Source: Deinococcales bacterium (GTDB taxonomy: Bacteria > Deinococcota > Deinococci > Deinococcales > JAAFIG01). Taken from it: a stretch of 34,107 nt of DNA. Every line of letters starts with the position of its first letter. Within the stretch, counting starts at the first letter, position 1. Below the pieces are notes generated by a model. It searched no databases and was not told where the DNA came from. It worked only from the letters and a program-made list of their open reading frames with translations. Below are positions 1 through 7,511 of the stretch, piece by piece. The DNA is taken from the NCBI GenBank assembly GCA_031414595.1, contig JANNVX010000073.1:1-34107 (forward strand), read 5' to 3'. The translations under genes and the position numbers were made by a program.

Positions 1-134
1 CTTGAAAGTATGGAAGTAAGGCTTGGAATTCTTTTTTGGTTAGTCCAGTCAGGGCTAAGAAGCGAGTTTTATTCTTGACGAGTTTGTCGTAATGCAGCAC
101 TCGAATAGTTTATCCTAATTTCCGATAACGTCTA
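1..134 (-). mobile_element. End of an IS5/ISL2-like insertion sequence
   Basis: Minus strand TAGACGTTATCGGAAATT (134 downward) lies ~35 nt upstream of the transposase start. TAGAC-type termini occur in this IS group. The partner inverted repeat is outside the window, so the boundary is inferred. Confidence 0.5.
2..100 (-). CDS. Transposase N-terminus (IS5/ISL2-like DDE family), partial, runs off the window
   Basis: Own translation from GTG at 100: MLHYDKLVKNKTRFLALTGLTKKEFQALLPYFQ. It resembles the 'FLALTGLT..EF..LLP.F' N-terminal helix of HTH_Tnp_4/DDE_Tnp_4-type transposases. Not in the ORF track. Confidence 0.7.
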   Translation of the reverse strand, partial: MLHYDKLVKNKTRFLALTGLTKKEFQALLPYFQ

Positions 135-358
135 ATGGTTAGTAAAACTGTACCTGCCCCAAAAAGTGGTTTATGCCAAAACAACAATCGGCAACTGGTA
201 ATCCCCACCAAAACCAACAAGACCCGAAATAAGCCGCTCTCAAGAAATTGTTTAGGCGGGTTAAGCACACCATACGAAAATACACTGATACCCACACCGA
301 CAAACATCACCCACCAAATCAGGCGAGTAAATTGTTCTTGTAGTGTCTCCCGATACAT
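110..358 (-). pseudogene. Small membrane protein, probably truncated at the C-terminus by the IS
   Basis: Two or three hydrophobic segments, with GAGG just upstream of the ATG. The last codons (RRYRKLG*) are read from the putative IS end. Confidence 0.45.
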
Positions 359-387
359 GCCTCAAATCCTAACACGCGAACCAGCAC

Positions 388-442
388 TTGACAGACTTCA
401 AAGTTAGGTTTAGGCTTCTAACCAACCAAATACTTGTTTGGT
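388..442 (+). promoter_or_regulatory. Sigma70-type promoter with probable TetR operator
   Basis: TTGACA (388-393), 17 nt, TAGGCT (411-416). The imperfect palindrome ACCAACCAA-ATAC-TTGTTTGGT (421-442) overlaps the predicted start site. Confidence 0.7.
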
Positions 443-484
443 CTACTCGCTTCGGGGTTAATCCCCTAGCGGAATGGATCTTTT

Positions 485-1069
485 GTGAGCGAGAGCCGTC
501 GTCATGATTTAATTGCCATTGCTGCCACCGAATTTGCACGGCGGGGTTATCGTGCCACAACCATGCGTCATATTGCCGATGCCGCCGGAATTCTGGCGGG
601 TAGCTTGTATCATCATTTTAAGTCTAAAGAAGAAGTGCTGCGTGAAGTGATGCTGGAAAGTACCGTGCAGTACGTGGCAGAACTCGAGGAAATTGCAACC
701 CAAACAATACCCACGGCTGAAAAAATCGAAATGGCAATTGCCCACCGTCTCGAGCTATACCAACACCAAGGGATGTCTTTGGGTGTGGTCTTGCAAACCG
801 ATAAAACCACGCTGCAAGAAGCAATGTTTTTAGAAATGCGGCAATTGGGTAAACGCATAGATGCAGCTTGGGACAAGATGCTTGAAGAAGGTAAAGCGAC
901 AGGGCAATTAAGTCCAAACCTTGAAACTCGAGCCATTACTTATGGCATTGTTGGGATGCTGAATTGGGCGCATCGCTGGTACGACCCTGCTGGGCGGCTC
1001 GAGCCGAGGGCTTTGGCACGCATCTGGGCGCAGATGGTGCTGCAAGGTATTGTCCTAGGTGAATCATGA
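485..1069 (+). CDS. TetR/AcrR family regulator (KstR2/PaaR-like C-terminal domain)
   Basis: N-terminal HTH 'FARRGYRATTMRHIADAAGILAGSLYHHFKSKEE' and C-terminal 'GMLNWAHRWYDPAGRL'. Confidence 0.95.
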   Translation: MSESRRHDLIAIAATEFARRGYRATTMRHIADAAGILAGSLYHHFKSKEEVLREVMLESTVQYVAELEEIATQTIPTAEKIEMAIAHRLELYQHQGMSLGVVLQTDKTTLQEAMFLEMRQLGKRIDAAWDKMLEEGKATGQLSPNLETRAITYGIVGMLNWAHRWYDPAGRLEPRALARIWAQMVLQGIVLGES

Positions 1070-2052
1070 GCATCGGGATTCTCAGTACAGGGGTGTACTT
1101 GCCGCAACAACGCATGACGGCACTCGAGATTGCTAAGGCTTCAGGCTTACCTGTGGAGGTGGTACTGAACAAACTTGGCATTACCCAAAAACCAATTCCA
1201 AGCGCACATGACCACACCAATGCAATGGGTGTAGCCGCCGCTAAAATCGCCTTAGAAAAAGCCAAACTCGACCCTCGAGAACTCGACTTAATTATTTGTA
1301 TCACCGAAGAACACAAGGAATTTCCAGTCTGGACGGCTGGTATTGACCTTGCCAAACAAGTAGGCGCAACCAAGGCTTGGGCATTTGATGCCGCCCAAAA
1401 ATGTGGTTCGTTTGTACTAGCAACCAAACTAGCAAAAAGCATGATGCTCGAGGATGACAGCCTAAAAACCGTCTTGATTGCTGGGGGCTACCGCAATGGC
1501 GATTTGATTGATTACACCGACTCCAACGTGCGTTTTATGTACAATCTTGGGGCGGGTGGCGGCGCAGCTATTTTGCAAAAGGGCGCTCCACATCAAATCC
1601 TAGGCTCGAGTTTTATCACCGATGGCGAATTTTCACGCGATGTGATTGTGCCAGTTGGCGGAACTTGTGCGCCGCTCACGCCCGAAAATATTTTGCAGTA
1701 CCGTTTGCAAGTCCCAGACCCTACTGGCATGAAAGCCAGACTTGAGCAAAAAAGTTTAGATAATTTTGTGCAAGTAGTAGAAGAAACTGCCAAGCGCAGT
1801 GGCTTTAAGCAAATAGATTACCTTGGGATTCTGCACATGAAACCAAGCGCTCACAGCACAATTCTCGAGCGTTTGGGTTTAGGGGCAAATCAGACTATTT
1901 ATTTATCGGATTACGGACACATTGGACAAATAGATCAGTTGCTTTCTTTAGAACTGGCACTAGCACAGGGTTTGGTGCAAGCTGGCTCGAGAATTGTGCT
2001 GGCTTCGGCGGGCGTGGGTTATGTCTGGAATGCAGTGGGGGTGCAGTGGTGA
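1066..2052 (+). CDS. 3-oxoacyl-ACP synthase III (FabH-like, thiolase fold)
   Basis: 'GILSTGVYLP' start, Cys motif 'FDAAQKCGSF', 'ILHMK', 'YGHIG' and C-terminal 'ASAGVGYVW'. ATGA overlap with tetR. Confidence 0.9.
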   Translation: MSIGILSTGVYLPQQRMTALEIAKASGLPVEVVLNKLGITQKPIPSAHDHTNAMGVAAAKIALEKAKLDPRELDLIICITEEHKEFPVWTAGIDLAKQVGATKAWAFDAAQKCGSFVLATKLAKSMMLEDDSLKTVLIAGGYRNGDLIDYTDSNVRFMYNLGAGGGAAILQKGAPHQILGSSFITDGEFSRDVIVPVGGTCAPLTPENILQYRLQVPDPTGMKARLEQKSLDNFVQVVEETAKRSGFKQIDYLGILHMKPSAHSTILERLGLGANQTIYLSDYGHIGQIDQLLSLELALAQGLVQAGSRIVLASAGVGYVWNAVGVQW

Positions 2053-4397
2053 ACACGATTTTCTGGCGTGGCACTTGGCTGACGCGAACTGATTTTGAAA
2101 GACGAATCGGCAGACTGTGCAGCTACTTAGTTGAAGCTGGCGTGACCACTGGTGAGCGCGTCGCGGTGCTATCGCAAAATCATCCGATTCTGCTCGAGGG
2201 GATTTATGCTGCGCTCAGACACGGTTGGATTCATGTGCCACTGAATTACCGTTTGCCAGCGCTCGAGCTTGCGCCGTTGGTTAAATACATTGAGCCTCGA
2301 GTTTTGATTTATGCTATAGAATTTGCAGCACAAGCTGAGGAGGCAAAACGGCAATTGCCAGAATTGCAATTGGTCATACTCGAGGAAATAGAAGAATATG
2401 TAATAACGATTGGACAAAGCTCTTCTTTTATTGGCAATGAAAATTATTTACTTTCAGAGGGCGAGGCGTGCCTCGCCCCTACGGTACAGAACAATTTTTT
2501 TCGTAGGGGCGAGGTACGCGACCATGCCCGTCAGGTGCGTGCTTATGGTCAAGACAGCCTCGCCCAACTACCCAATAATGAAATAACATCTTCAAATCAG
2601 GAAATCTCGAGTTCACCATTTGACACAGTGATGCTCTTATTCACGGGTGGCACAACTGGCATTGCCAAAGCCGCACAGATTACTCGAGAAATGTTTGAAA
2701 CCAATATTTCTGACACGATAACTTCTTGGGGTTTAGAAAAGAATGATTGCACCATCATTGCTACACCGATGTTTCACGCTGGGGTTAATGCACTGGCAAC
2801 CCCATTACTCGAGCTTGGTGGACGGGTGGCAATTCTCGAGAAATTCAGCCCCCAAGCCTATTTACAAATGGTTGAGGATTGTGGTTGTACGCTTTTATTT
2901 GCTGTCCCGACGATGTTTCAAAAACTAATTGAGTTTCCAGTCTTTGAGGATTTTGATTTTTCGCAAATTAAGTACGCGATTACCGGTGGTAGCCCCTGTC
3001 CAAATCATATCCGAGAAGCATTTTATCAAAAAGGTGTGCAGTTCAAACTTGGCTACGGCATGACCGAAGCAGGAGTCAATTGTTTTACCCAGAACCTCGA
3101 GAATGCCCAACTTAAACCGAGCAGTGTTGGTTTGCCGATAGCGAGCTTAAAAGCTGTACTGCGTGACAAAAATGGCAATGAAGCCACCACTGGCGAACTG
3201 ACTTTATCAGGCAGGCAAATCATGGGTGGCTACTGGAAAAAACCACTCGAGACCAATGATGTGCTTAAAACCATCAATGGAGAAACATGGCTGTTCACTG
3301 GCGATATTGCCACCCGCGATTCTGACGGGCATTACAGCATCATCGGACGAAGCAAAGAGATGATTATTTCGGGCGGTGAGAACATTTACCCTTTTGAAAT
3401 TGAAGGTTCTATTTATGAACACCCAAATATCCTAGAATGTGCTGTGCTGGGCGTACCAGATGCCGATTGGGGTGAGGTTGCACTGGCGGCTGTGGTGACT
3501 CGAGAAAGCCTGAGTCTCGAGGAATTACAAAATTTCTTACGTCCTAAGTTAGCCAGTTATAAAATCCCCAAACATTATCTGTTCCTATCCGAATTACCAA
3601 AAAGTGCGACTGGAAAAATCCTCAAGCATGTTTTGCAAAAACAATTCATTGCCGAATCTCGGGCTACACAAGATTCGCCCCTACAAGAAAGCACCTTGAT
3701 TTTACTGCATGGTAATTATGCCTCGAGCCGTTGGTGGACTACTTTTCTGGCATCTGCTCCGTGCTTGTGCTTTGCGCCGACCTTACCCGGTTTTGCTTCT
3801 ATTCCACCACTCGAGGACACTAACATCAAAACCATTTGCGATTGGCTCGAGACGAAAATCCAGCACCTCGAGAGACCCGTTTTACTTGGGCATAGCCTCG
3901 GTGGTGTATTGGCACTTGAACTTGCGGCTCGAGACCCAAGTAAATACGCGGCGCTTGTCCTGGTTTCAAGCCCAAGCCTGACAGGTTTCCCACATAACCC
4001 TGCGGGGGATGCAATCCGCGCTTTAATCCCCACCAATCACCCTCTGCTCGAGCAGATTTTTAAGGTACAAAGCCCAAGTCTGCCTGCACATTCTGGCGAA
4101 CTCTGGGAAGCCATTTTAGATGATGCCCAAGCCCTACCTTTTGCAATCGGTAACGGCTTTGCAGTTGAACTCGGTACTTGGAATCGCCTCGAGTCTGCCC
4201 AGTCCCTCGCAAGCCTCCCGACCCTCATTTTAGCGGGTCAAGCCGATGTGCTGGTCACGCCAAGCATCACCCAAGAACTGACAACCCAACTGCCACACGC
4301 CATTTTCAAAACTCGAGAAAACATTGGGCATTGGCTACCACTTGAAGACCCTGAGTGGTTTTTAACCCAAGTCAAGACTTTTTTGGAGGATTTATGA
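2046..4397 (+). CDS. Acyl-CoA synthetase (AMP-forming) fused to a C-terminal alpha/beta hydrolase
   Basis: ANL motifs FTGGTTGIAK, GYGMTEAG, TGD, SGGENIYP and LPKSATGKILK, followed by hydrolase motifs LLHGN, GHSLGG and GHWLPLE in one open frame. Confidence 0.9.
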   Translation: MVNTIFWRGTWLTRTDFERRIGRLCSYLVEAGVTTGERVAVLSQNHPILLEGIYAALRHGWIHVPLNYRLPALELAPLVKYIEPRVLIYAIEFAAQAEEAKRQLPELQLVILEEIEEYVITIGQSSSFIGNENYLLSEGEACLAPTVQNNFFRRGEVRDHARQVRAYGQDSLAQLPNNEITSSNQEISSSPFDTVMLLFTGGTTGIAKAAQITREMFETNISDTITSWGLEKNDCTIIATPMFHAGVNALATPLLELGGRVAILEKFSPQAYLQMVEDCGCTLLFAVPTMFQKLIEFPVFEDFDFSQIKYAITGGSPCPNHIREAFYQKGVQFKLGYGMTEAGVNCFTQNLENAQLKPSSVGLPIASLKAVLRDKNGNEATTGELTLSGRQIMGGYWKKPLETNDVLKTINGETWLFTGDIATRDSDGHYSIIGRSKEMIISGGENIYPFEIEGSIYEHPNILECAVLGVPDADWGEVALAAVVTRESLSLEELQNFLRPKLASYKIPKHYLFLSELPKSATGKILKHVLQKQFIAESRATQDSPLQESTLILLHGNYASSRWWTTFLASAPCLCFAPTLPGFASIPPLEDTNIKTICDWLETKIQHLERPVLLGHSLGGVLALELAARDPSKYAALVLVSSPSLTGFPHNPAGDAIRALIPTNHPLLEQIFKVQSPSLPAHSGELWEAILDDAQALPFAIGNGFAVELGTWNRLESAQSLASLPTLILAGQADVLVTPSITQELTTQLPHAIFKTRENIGHWLPLEDPEWFLTQVKTFLEDL
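2459..2565. repeat. GTAG-type REP doublet inserted in frame in the ligase gene
   Basis: GGGCGAGGC-GT-GCCTCGCCC-CTACG (2459-2483) faces the inverted copy CGTAGGGGCGAGG...CAGCCTCGCCC (2502-2565). Confidence 0.7.
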
Positions 4398-4792
4398 TTT
4401 TTGCTGTTGGTGATTCAAGAACCCTGATTAAAACCATAACAGATGCCGATGTGCGCTTGTTTGCCGAAATTTCCGGCGACCACAACCCGATTCACTTAGA
4501 CCAAGCCTACGCTGCCCAAACCCGCTTTGGCAAACGAATTGTCCATGGTGCATTACTAGCCGCTTTTATTTCCAACATCATCGGCAATCAAATCCCCGGT
4601 CATGGCAGTATTTACCTTGCTTCAAACCTCAAATTTCGCGCTCCAACTTTTATTGACGATACCGTCAGCACCACCGCCACGATTACCGCCATTCGCCCAG
4701 ACAAACCCATTTATACCCTCGAGTGCATCTGCACAAACCAACACAAGGAGGTCTTATGCCAAGGTGAAGCTGTTGTGTTGTATGAGCTATGA
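4394..4792 (+). CDS. MaoC family dehydratase ((R)-specific enoyl-CoA hydratase, PhaJ-like)
   Basis: Motif 'FAEISGDHNPIHLD...RFGKRIVHG'. Start placed at ATG 4394 (GGAGG RBS, ATGA overlap). Confidence 0.93.
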   Translation: MIFAVGDSRTLIKTITDADVRLFAEISGDHNPIHLDQAYAAQTRFGKRIVHGALLAAFISNIIGNQIPGHGSIYLASNLKFRAPTFIDDTVSTTATITAIRPDKPIYTLECICTNQHKEVLCQGEAVVLYEL

Positions 4793-4859
4793 GCTATGAG
4801 CTATGAAAAAACTTTTGCCTTTTACTTTCGCCTTTCGCCTGCCCTTCCTAGGAGGATTT

Positions 4860-6068
4860 ATGAACTGGAAAACGATTTTCGCCCTGAGTTCTAGCACCGC
4901 GCTTGCCGTTACTTTGGGTATCTCGAGCGCCCAACAAACAAATGCTGTTAAAATTGGTAGTATTTTGCCTTTGACGGGGGCTTCAAGTGTTTCGGGTAAG
5001 GCTGCCGAGACGGGGTATCAATTGGCGCTTTCGGAAATCAATGCTTCGGGTGGCGTGCTGGGTAAGCCTTTGCAATTTAGTCTCGAGGATGATGCTTCTT
5101 CGCCAGCCACGGCAATTCAGACCTTCACGAAATTGTATACGGTAGATAAAGTTGATTTTTTCGCGGGTGGTTTTGGTAGTGGCAATGTGATTGCCATTTC
5201 AGGCGCAGCCAAGCAATTTAACGCCTTTATGTACACCCTTGGAGCAGCCGCCATTCCAGTTGAAGATGCTTACGCCACCTACCCGTATTTTTTCCATATT
5301 CATCCGTGGGCGTATTACAACAATCAAGCGGTGGTGGATTTCTTTAAGTTCTTGAGTCGTGCCAAAGGTGCAAAAAACATTGCGATTGCTTACGAAGATG
5401 GTGTCTTTGGTTCGGGCGCACCAATTTTTGCCGAACAAATCAAAAAAGAAGGCTTTAATGTCGTGCTGCTCGAGAAATTCAAAACTGGCACTGGACAATT
5501 TGCCCCGATTATCTCTAAAGCCAAAGGCTCGAATGTGGATATTTTTTACTGGATTGGTTACGACGCAGATGCCTTACCAATCGCCCAACAGAGTAAAGAA
5601 CTAAACTTTAACCCCGGAATTATTTATGGTGTGCCAGCCAGTTGGCCCGTTGGGTTTGAAAAGAATAAACTCAGTCAAGGGGTCAGTGGCTTAAGCCTAT
5701 GGTTGCCAACCAGCCCCTTAAAAGCCAGTAAAGAATTTGTGACCGCCTACACCAAGAAATTTGGCACAATCACCCAAGAATACATTGCGCCGCTTGCCTA
5801 TATACAACTTAAAACCCTTGCCGCCGCCATTAACCGCGCTGGCAGTACCGACAAAGACAAAGTGGCAGTCGAACTTGCCAAAACCGATATTTCCACACCG
5901 TTTGGCAGACTGACCTTCTCGCCAAGCCTGAAAATTAAAAATCAGGGTTTTAAGACCGGTGAATGGCTCAATTTCCAATTCCGCAATGGCAAGCGCGTAC
6001 CGATTTTTCCAATTCCAGTTGCCAGCGCGCCGATTATTTATCCTGTGCCAGATTGGAACTCGAGGTGA
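4860..6068 (+). CDS. ABC transporter substrate-binding protein (LivJ-like/PBP1 family)
   Basis: Signal peptide and 'VKIGSILPLTG...EINASGGVLGKPL...EDDASSP'. AGGAGG RBS precedes ATG 4860. Confidence 0.9.
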   Translation: MNWKTIFALSSSTALAVTLGISSAQQTNAVKIGSILPLTGASSVSGKAAETGYQLALSEINASGGVLGKPLQFSLEDDASSPATAIQTFTKLYTVDKVDFFAGGFGSGNVIAISGAAKQFNAFMYTLGAAAIPVEDAYATYPYFFHIHPWAYYNNQAVVDFFKFLSRAKGAKNIAIAYEDGVFGSGAPIFAEQIKKEGFNVVLLEKFKTGTGQFAPIISKAKGSNVDIFYWIGYDADALPIAQQSKELNFNPGIIYGVPASWPVGFEKNKLSQGVSGLSLWLPTSPLKASKEFVTAYTKKFGTITQEYIAPLAYIQLKTLAAAINRAGSTDKDKVAVELAKTDISTPFGRLTFSPSLKIKNQGFKTGEWLNFQFRNGKRVPIFPIPVASAPIIYPVPDWNSR

Positions 6069-6070
6069 GA

Positions 6071-6130
6071 AGAAGGCGAAGGGCGAAAGGCAAAAGGCAA
6101 ATTAAAACCCTTCGCCCTTTGCCTGCCCTT
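6071..6130. repeat. Heptamer-based hairpin repeat (AAGGCGA/AAGGCAA units); related copies at 12815-12866 and a half copy at 4813-4846
   Basis: The near-identical core AAAGGCAAATTAAA.CCCTTCGCC...CTTTGCCTGC is found at two gene 3' ends. Confidence 0.7.
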
Positions 6131-6141
6131 TGGAGGTTTTT

Positions 6142-7152
6142 ATGCCAATGATTCAAACAAGTCGGTTAAACACCCATATTCTCGAGCATGGCAGTGGAGA
6201 AACTCGGGTATTACTGCTGCATGGCAATGTCTCGAGCAGTGCCTTTTTTGCGCCGTTACTCGAGACCATGCCCAGTTCATGGTCGGTTATCGCCCCAGAT
6301 TTACGCGGCTATGGCGCTTCGGAAACTAAGGCTGTGGATGCGACTCGAGGTCTGCGCGATTGGGCAGATGATGTTTGGGCATTGCTCGAGCAAAAAGGCT
6401 GGACTCAAAACGTCCATATCCTTGGCTGGAGTATGGGCGGCGGGATTGCCACGCAGTTGTGTATTAAACACCCCACAGCCTTCAAAAGCCTGACCTTGGT
6501 TGCGCCAATTTCGCCTTACGGTTTTGGTGGCACACATGGCATAAACGGCACTGCCAACAGCCCCGAATTTGCGGGTTCTGGTGGCGGCACGGTCAATGCA
6601 GATTTTGTTAAAGCCGTAAAAAACCGTGACTCGAGCGATACCCAAGGCAGCCCACGTTGGGTGCTGAATAATTTTTATTTCAAAGCGGGTTTTCGCGTCT
6701 CCCTCCAACTCGAGCAGAACCTCTTAGAAAGCATGTTCAGTACAGCCTGCGGCGCAGACAACTACCCCGGCGATATGCTGCCCAGTTCGCATTACCCAAT
6801 GGTTGCCCCCGGGACTCGAGGGGTTGCCAATGCGTTTAGCCCCAAATACCAGAACTTAAGTGCCTTTGCAACCCAAAAACACATCCCCGTTCTTTGGGTG
6901 CGCGGCGCTCATGACCAAATTGTGTCCGACACCTCGAGTTTTGATATGGCATTTCTAGGCAGCCTCGGCATTATTCCTGGGTATCCTGGTGCGGATATTT
7001 GCCCACCACAAGCCATGAACAGCCAAACAAGGGCATTGCTTGAAGCTCATGGAGATTACCGTGAAGTGATTTTTGAGAACAGTGGTCACACGCCATTTCT
7101 CGAGGAACAAGAACGCTTTGTGGGTGTACTAACAGAATTTATTGGTTTATAA
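6142..7152 (+). CDS. Alpha/beta hydrolase (GWSMG nucleophile motif)
   Basis: LLHGN, APDLRGYG, GWSMGG and GHTPFLE motifs. GGAGG RBS precedes ATG 6142. Confidence 0.9.
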   Translation: MPMIQTSRLNTHILEHGSGETRVLLLHGNVSSSAFFAPLLETMPSSWSVIAPDLRGYGASETKAVDATRGLRDWADDVWALLEQKGWTQNVHILGWSMGGGIATQLCIKHPTAFKSLTLVAPISPYGFGGTHGINGTANSPEFAGSGGGTVNADFVKAVKNRDSSDTQGSPRWVLNNFYFKAGFRVSLQLEQNLLESMFSTACGADNYPGDMLPSSHYPMVAPGTRGVANAFSPKYQNLSAFATQKHIPVLWVRGAHDQIVSDTSSFDMAFLGSLGIIPGYPGADICPPQAMNSQTRALLEAHGDYREVIFENSGHTPFLEEQERFVGVLTEFIGL

Positions 7153-7197
7153 ACACAGAGAACAACAAAAACCCAGTTGCTCGAGGGTAATTTGTCC

Positions 7198-7438
7198 ATA
7201 CCGCGTTCCAGCCCTCACCCAACTTCTTGCTCATAAGACAGCACCTGACGGGCTATTCGCGCTCGCTTAGGCTCGTTACCCTCATCCCGCCAAAAAGCGC
7301 GGGAGGCGACCACGCCCGAAGGTGCGCGTATGTGGTCAAGAAAGGGTTGTTCGGTTTGCCGCTTCATTCCTATCCTTCCCCCAAGGTGGAAGGTGTCGAG
7401 CTTGCGAGACGGATGAGGGGCTGACCGAATGCGATTTT
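7198..7438. repeat. Composite MITE/REP-like structured intergenic element
   Basis: Imperfect inverted ends ATACCGCGTTC...GAATGCGATT, internal inverted pair CCCTCATCC (7279-7287)/GGATGAGGG (7411-7419), and a nested 36-nt hairpin (7306-7341) also found at 2518-2554. Confidence 0.55.
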
Positions 7439-7511
7439 GCGTGTACTGACGTGTACTGAAAGGCTTTTGTGCTTAAGCTGATGCTCTATATTCGCCCTGT
7501 CACAAGGCTAC

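Noticed and set aside
7227-7424. 65-aa ORF or riboswitch between the hydrolase and AGPS genes
   Set aside because: It lies between convergent genes within a composite palindromic repeat, has no RBS, and has no downstream gene to regulate.
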